Shown piece after piece: positions 59,387-64,000 of a stretch of 64,000 nucleotides of DNA. How positions within the stretch are numbered: position 1 is the first letter of the stretch; each line of letters opens with the position of its first letter. The position numbers were made by a program, and so were the translations under genes. The notes below the pieces were generated by a model. The model had not been told where the DNA came from, did not search any database, and saw only the letters and a program-made list of their open reading frames with translations. The stretch is from an uncultured Candidatus Saccharibacteria bacterium (GTDB taxonomy: Bacteria; Patescibacteriota; Minisyncoccia; Phycocordibacterales; Phycocordibacteraceae). The stretch lies in NCBI GenBank assembly GCA_964634305.1, contig CAZWLE010000002.1, positions 921 to 64,920 on the forward strand. The letters are read 5' to 3'.

Positions 59387-61696
59387 ATGGTCAGCAGAGC
59401 AGCAGTCCTCATGGTGCTTCTAGGTATCGTCGGTACCACGTTTGCGCCGTCGCTTCACGCACAGGAAGCACCCGTACCCGAGCTACTGACGAGTACGCTT
59501 TCCAGAGGCGACGAATCAGCAGAGGTGCGATTGTTGCAGGAGTGGCTTGGTATCGAAGCACCAAACGGCATCTATGGTGATGCAACCGTTGCTGCGGTGG
59601 AGGCATACCAAGAAGAACAGCGGGTGATACTCCTTAGTCCATCCGGTGACCTTGGGTATGGCATTGTTGGACCGCTTACGCGCGCAAGTCTCAATAGTGA
59701 ATTCTCAAACACGCAAGGCGGTACGCCGCTCGTCGAGGCAGCATACGGTGATGCAGCAAAATTCGATGGCACCTCATTTGTACCGTTTACCGAAGCAACG
59801 TACGAAGTAAGCGGCACACTGACGAGTCGTATGGATGTATGGGTAAAGCCGACTGCACTCACGGATTACGACACCATACTCTTCACTAACGAAGACAATC
59901 ACCGGATTGGCCTTACGGAGAATGGAAAGATATTTGCTGATGCACCGGCTGGTCGTGCTATCACCAAACGCGCGTACATAACGGCAGGGGAGTGGCAGCA
60001 TCTTTCTATTCTCTATACCCGTGATGATGCGGTGTTCCTCCATAACAATCAGGTGGTTGAAATAGTCCCGCTTACGACGGTTGGTGTCATTCCAACCTTC
60101 TTCGAGCGATTCTTTAAATCTGCATCGGATTCCATAGTGTCCATTTTTACTCCAAAGACGAAAATGACACCTACGACGATGCTTGAGCGTAGTGAATATA
60201 CCGGTGAAGCACCAAAAGCACCTGGCATCTTTGGCTCCATCGTTTCTTTTGCTAAAGGTCTTTTTGGGGGTGATACCGGCACGACTCCCTCTGAGCCGGT
60301 CCCTGCGGCCGGTCCGGTAGTGCTTGAGCCAGCACCAGTAGTGGTAGAGCCGGCGGTTGAACCAGCGCCCGTTCTCCCGGTGATTCCAACCAAGCCGCTC
60401 ACATCGCCATTACAGCCAAAGCCGTCTGACACCGCACCGCTTATTACGACAACGGTTGTGACGGTACCCGCGACAACGACTACTAGTACAAGCACCGCTA
60501 CTTCTACGACGACCGTCATTGCAAGTGCAGGCAGCACTACCACTGTATCGACTACGAGCGGGTCAAAAGGTTCCTCAGGTGGTGGTTCAGTCAGAAATTC
60601 AACGCCTGTTATTAAGCTCGTAGGTAGTTCGAAAGTAACGATACAGCTTGGTGAAATTTATACCGACCCAGGCGCCTCTGCCGAAGATAAAGAAGATGGT
60701 GATATCTCAAATAACGTGGTCATTGGTGGTGATGTTGTTGATCATAATGATGCTGGCACCTATATCATCACGTATAACGTCACTGACTCGAGTGGTACAA
60801 AAGCAAAAGAAGTAAAACGCACCGTAATCGTTAAAGCGCCACCAAGTCTCTCTCAGGGAGAACAGGAGCCAGAATATCCGCTTGGACCTGCAGGACAGTC
60901 AGTGTCACTTTCCGTTTCAAACGCCTCAGGCGCAGATCCGAAATTCTCATCGGTTGATATCTCGCCGCTTCATGTGTACGTAGGTGATACACAAACCTTT
61001 ACAGTGAAAGTCAGCTCGGCTAGCGGAATTGATTCGGTGACTGCAGTGACGAAACTCGATACCTCAACGCATACGCTTCCACTCGTTGAGACATCACCTG
61101 GTACGTACTCAGCATCATGGGTGGTGCATGACACACACACGCAGATTTACCGCACCAAGTTCACTGCCGTAAACGGGAACGGCGATACGAACTCGGTAAC
61201 TATGGCATGGTCCGATCCGTGTTCAGGTATTACGCAAGGCAGTAATGGATCGTTGAGTGCCGATTGTGCTGTTTCGATTGTAGACGGTCTTGATTCCGGA
61301 ACGTTAACTATTCCCGCAGGCCGTACTTTGACCATTAATAACGGCGGTACGTGGGCATTTAATCCCGGCACTTCTATTATCGTTGACGGCGCAATCGTAA
61401 AGGCAAGCGGTGGGCAGTTGAAGAAGGGATACCTTTACTATGTAGGTGCCACCAATGCTTCCGCAAATACGGGGACCATGGTCTTCGATACAGCGTCGAG
61501 CTTGTCAGGCCATGTACGTGTTGGTACCTACACGCAAGCGTCTTACTACAGCCAAGGCTACTATCAGGGGTATTACTACGGCCAGGGATATTACCAAGGC
61601 TATTATTATGGCCAAGGCTACTACTACGGTCAGGGCTATTACTATGGCCAAGGGTATTATGAATCTCAGTACTACTCTCAGGTGATGTACAAATAA
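59387..61696 (+). CDS. Secreted multidomain protein: peptidoglycan-binding domain, LamG-like domain, P/T linker, DUF5011/Ig-like domains, Tyr-rich tail
   Basis: Signal peptide ending LHA-QE; LSRG....EVRLLQEWL...GIYG..T.AAV..YQ...GIVGPLTR (PGBD); WVKP...GEWQH (LamG); PVIKLVG...YTDPGA.A.D.EDG...GTY.ITYNVTDSSG (DUF5011). ORF track start is 59357. Confidence 0.82.
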   Translation: MVSRAAVLMVLLGIVGTTFAPSLHAQEAPVPELLTSTLSRGDESAEVRLLQEWLGIEAPNGIYGDATVAAVEAYQEEQRVILLSPSGDLGYGIVGPLTRASLNSEFSNTQGGTPLVEAAYGDAAKFDGTSFVPFTEATYEVSGTLTSRMDVWVKPTALTDYDTILFTNEDNHRIGLTENGKIFADAPAGRAITKRAYITAGEWQHLSILYTRDDAVFLHNNQVVEIVPLTTVGVIPTFFERFFKSASDSIVSIFTPKTKMTPTTMLERSEYTGEAPKAPGIFGSIVSFAKGLFGGDTGTTPSEPVPAAGPVVLEPAPVVVEPAVEPAPVLPVIPTKPLTSPLQPKPSDTAPLITTTVVTVPATTTTSTSTATSTTTVIASAGSTTTVSTTSGSKGSSGGGSVRNSTPVIKLVGSSKVTIQLGEIYTDPGASAEDKEDGDISNNVVIGGDVVDHNDAGTYIITYNVTDSSGTKAKEVKRTVIVKAPPSLSQGEQEPEYPLGPAGQSVSLSVSNASGADPKFSSVDISPLHVYVGDTQTFTVKVSSASGIDSVTAVTKLDTSTHTLPLVETSPGTYSASWVVHDTHTQIYRTKFTAVNGNGDTNSVTMAWSDPCSGITQGSNGSLSADCAVSIVDGLDSGTLTIPAGRTLTINNGGTWAFNPGTSIIVDGAIVKASGGQLKKGYLYYVGATNASANTGTMVFDTASSLSGHVRVGTYTQASYYSQGYYQGYYYGQGYYQGYYYGQGYYYGQGYYYGQGYYESQYYSQVMYK
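61529..61693 (+). repeat. Coding (YYYGQG/YYQG)n repeat
   Basis: The last 55 codons encode 24 Tyr; codons vary between units. Confidence 0.9.
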
Positions 61697-61738
61697 GGGC
61701 TGCTTTAGGGGCTGCGCGAAAACGGGTACAATGCCCTC

Positions 61739-62947
61739 ATGATTGAGCGGCGCCGGCTCCTTTTTTCACTCGCATTCCTTCTGGTTGTAGGGTCTATAGG
61801 CGCTGTCGGGCTTTGGTACGAACGACAGCAGCAGACCTACCCTGAGATGGCCGAGCTTGCTGCAAGCAACCGTACATTCCAAGAATATTCGGATTATTTC
61901 CGCCGCCTCTCGGAAGAGAAAGGTGCTGAATATGCCTATCAGGTATTACTGCGTGCACCTCTTGCGACAGGGACTGATTTGCACCTTCTTGGTCATGTCG
62001 TCGGCGATATGCTCTATAAGCAGCAGGGCATTAAAGGCATCAATAGTTGTACACAGGATTTTCGTAACGCGTGCTCGCATTCAGTGGTTATTGGCATACT
62101 GAGTGAACATGGTGAAGGCGCGTTGAGTGAAATAGCAGCAACGTGCAAGAAGGCACCAGGAGGGCAAGGCGCATATACGATGTGCTTCCATGGTCTTGGA
62201 CACGGTGTCCTTGCGTACAACGGATATCGCCTTGAGCGCGCCGTAGAGATGTGCAAATTAACTGGCACGCCTGAATACGGGTATCAGGAATACGCACAAT
62301 GTGTCGGTGGCGCCAGTATGGAGATGGTGGCAGGCGTACACGATCGAGAAGTATGGCAGAGCCAGTACGGGAATTATTTTAGTGACACCGACCCGCTCGC
62401 TCCATGTAACCAAACATATATGGATGACGCGGTACGTCCATTTTGTTACATGCACCTGACGCCACGGCTGTTTGAAGCAGCAGGTATGGACCTGGGTGCA
62501 CCCGACCCGTCAGTGCTTCCAGAAGCTTTTTCCTATTGTGATGCCATTCCTGTTACCGATGAGCGAGATAGAGCAGCGTGCTATGGCGGGTTTGGTAAGG
62601 AATTCATTGTGCTTGCACAATGGCGCGATATTCGCCAAATAAGTGAAACCGACGAGGCAACGCTCCGTACCGTACGCGAATGGTGTGCGTACGCGGGTGA
62701 CGAGACGGGAGAAGATGACTGTAACTCGTCAGCGCTCGACTCGTTATATTGGGGAGGAGAGATTGAACCAGACGCCGCGTTTCGTTTTTGTGCGATTGCA
62801 GAAGGAGGTGAACAGGCTGCGTGTTACGACAAACTTGCGACGCTGACTAGCTATTTCCTCCCGAAAGGATTGAAGCGTCATGCGGTGTGTGAACGATTGC
62901 CGGAAGAATATCAGGAACGATGTAAAGCTATGGATACCGGCATATGA
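61739..62947 (+). CDS. Membrane-anchored Cys/His-rich helical-repeat protein, unknown function
   Basis: RRR followed by a TM helix; motifs LHLLGH..G, C....RNACSH, CFHGLGHG, CVGGASME; regularly spaced Cys. Confidence 0.75.
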   Translation: MIERRRLLFSLAFLLVVGSIGAVGLWYERQQQTYPEMAELAASNRTFQEYSDYFRRLSEEKGAEYAYQVLLRAPLATGTDLHLLGHVVGDMLYKQQGIKGINSCTQDFRNACSHSVVIGILSEHGEGALSEIAATCKKAPGGQGAYTMCFHGLGHGVLAYNGYRLERAVEMCKLTGTPEYGYQEYAQCVGGASMEMVAGVHDREVWQSQYGNYFSDTDPLAPCNQTYMDDAVRPFCYMHLTPRLFEAAGMDLGAPDPSVLPEAFSYCDAIPVTDERDRAACYGGFGKEFIVLAQWRDIRQISETDEATLRTVREWCAYAGDETGEDDCNSSALDSLYWGGEIEPDAAFRFCAIAEGGEQAACYDKLATLTSYFLPKGLKRHAVCERLPEEYQERCKAMDTGI

Positions 62948-63924
62948 CGGCCCGCACGTATATCCGCACAGCCCTGGTGATTGGCCTTCTTGCTCTCGGT
63001 ATCTATGCGATGGTGCAGTATGTTCGCCCAGAACCAGTTGTCAGTTCTGTGTCTGCTACGCGTGAGGGTATTGAAGCGTTGGTAAAAAAAGAAGGTCCTG
63101 CAGATGCCTACGTAGTGCTCAAGAAACAGTACGCGGGTACCAACTACGATTTACAGCACAACGTATCGCATCTTCTTGGGGAAGCTATTTACGATGCTGA
63201 CGGTCTTGCGGCGGTGCGCGTATGCGATGCAGAGTTTAACTACGGGTGCTATCACGGCTTCTTTAAGAGAGCGGTATCCGAACAGGGCGTCAGTGTTCTA
63301 CAGGAGCTCGATGGCGAGTGTGCGCAGTTTACTGACGGACGTTCGTCACAATGCCAGCACGGACTTGGTCACGGACTCATTGAGTTCTTTGGCATGAAAG
63401 GACTACCGAAGGCACTGGAAGCATGCGCAACCCTTCCACAACCAGACCCAGTCGCGGGATGCTCGTCGGGTGTCTTCATGGGTTACAACTTACGATTCGA
63501 GCCAACGGGGAAGGATGGCTTTATAACCGTGGCGCGTCCGATTGCGTCTGGTGAATCGGCATACACTCCATGCGATACGGTAGCTGAATCGTTTGCCGAA
63601 TCCTGTTACTACCAACTACCACAGTGGTGGAACCAGGTGTTCGATAAGGACTTCTCAAAATTTGGGTCACTCTGTGCGGCTCTCTCAAGTGACGTGGTGC
63701 GGTCGCGATGCTTCCAAGGCATCGGCAACATCGCAGCCTCGTCTGGAGGATATGACGTCGCGCGTACCAAGGAACTCTGTGCACTCATGCCAAGTGCTGA
63801 AGGAGAGGCAACGTGTGTGGTCGTTGCAAGTTGGGCATTTGAGAAAAATATCTTTGACCACGAGAAAGCACTCGAGATGTGTGCAGACGTTGCGCCAGAC
63901 GCAAAAACCTATTGTCCTGTATGA
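62944..63924 (+). CDS. Membrane-anchored Cys/His-rich helical-repeat protein (paralog of the preceding gene)
   Basis: TM helix; QHNVSH..G, C...FNYGCYHG, CQHGLGHG, CSSGVFM; ATGA overlap with the previous gene. Confidence 0.75.
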   Translation: MTARTYIRTALVIGLLALGIYAMVQYVRPEPVVSSVSATREGIEALVKKEGPADAYVVLKKQYAGTNYDLQHNVSHLLGEAIYDADGLAAVRVCDAEFNYGCYHGFFKRAVSEQGVSVLQELDGECAQFTDGRSSQCQHGLGHGLIEFFGMKGLPKALEACATLPQPDPVAGCSSGVFMGYNLRFEPTGKDGFITVARPIASGESAYTPCDTVAESFAESCYYQLPQWWNQVFDKDFSKFGSLCAALSSDVVRSRCFQGIGNIAASSGGYDVARTKELCALMPSAEGEATCVVVASWAFEKNIFDHEKALEMCADVAPDAKTYCPV

Positions 63925-64000
63925 CGTCTCGCTCCTACACCTATATAGGTATCGCACTTGCAGCGCTCGTAGGTGGATGGCTCATCCTGCATGCTCTGTA
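63921..64000 (+). CDS. Start of a further membrane-anchored protein (truncated by window edge)
   Basis: ATGA overlap; MTSRSYTYIGIALAALVGGWLILHAL resembles the N-terminal anchor of the preceding gene. Confidence 0.5.
   Translation, partial: MTSRSYTYIGIALAALVGGWLILHAL

Overview
A 64 kb bacterial chromosome segment. By inference it comes from a Patescibacteria (CPR, Parcubacteria-like) genome: compact genes, a VirD4/HerA-like ATPase with no partner system, a short ObgE, and giant Thr/Ser/Gly-rich surface proteins. It has four parts. (1) 1-8.8 kb: peptidoglycan and housekeeping genes (murD, murI, murC, rsmI) plus the orphan ATPase. (2) 8.8-34.1 kb: a large surface-glycan locus with six GT4 enzymes, a GT47/exostosin, two NDP-sugar C-methyltransferases, gmd, a perosamine-synthase-like aminotransferase, an acyltransferase, a Wzx-type flippase and an O-antigen-ligase/OTase-TPR protein. 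(3) 34.1-40.4 kb: murB, a 24-aa Lys-rich peptide gene with its own hairpin leader and terminator, secA, obgE and gatB. (4) 40.5-64 kb: an uncharacterised surface-appendage locus. It encodes a membrane-tethered HTH protein; a 5039-aa protein with the same HTH fused through a hydrophobic helix to a modular fibre; an abridged 783-aa paralog; a wall-binding protein ending in a (YYYGQG)n tail; and tandem His/Cys-motif membrane proteins. Many gene starts have a TAnnnT box 6-9 nt before the ATG, which suggests widespread leaderless transcription. I saw no rRNA, tRNA, CRISPR array, integrase or transposase. All family calls are by motif recognition; no database searches were run.
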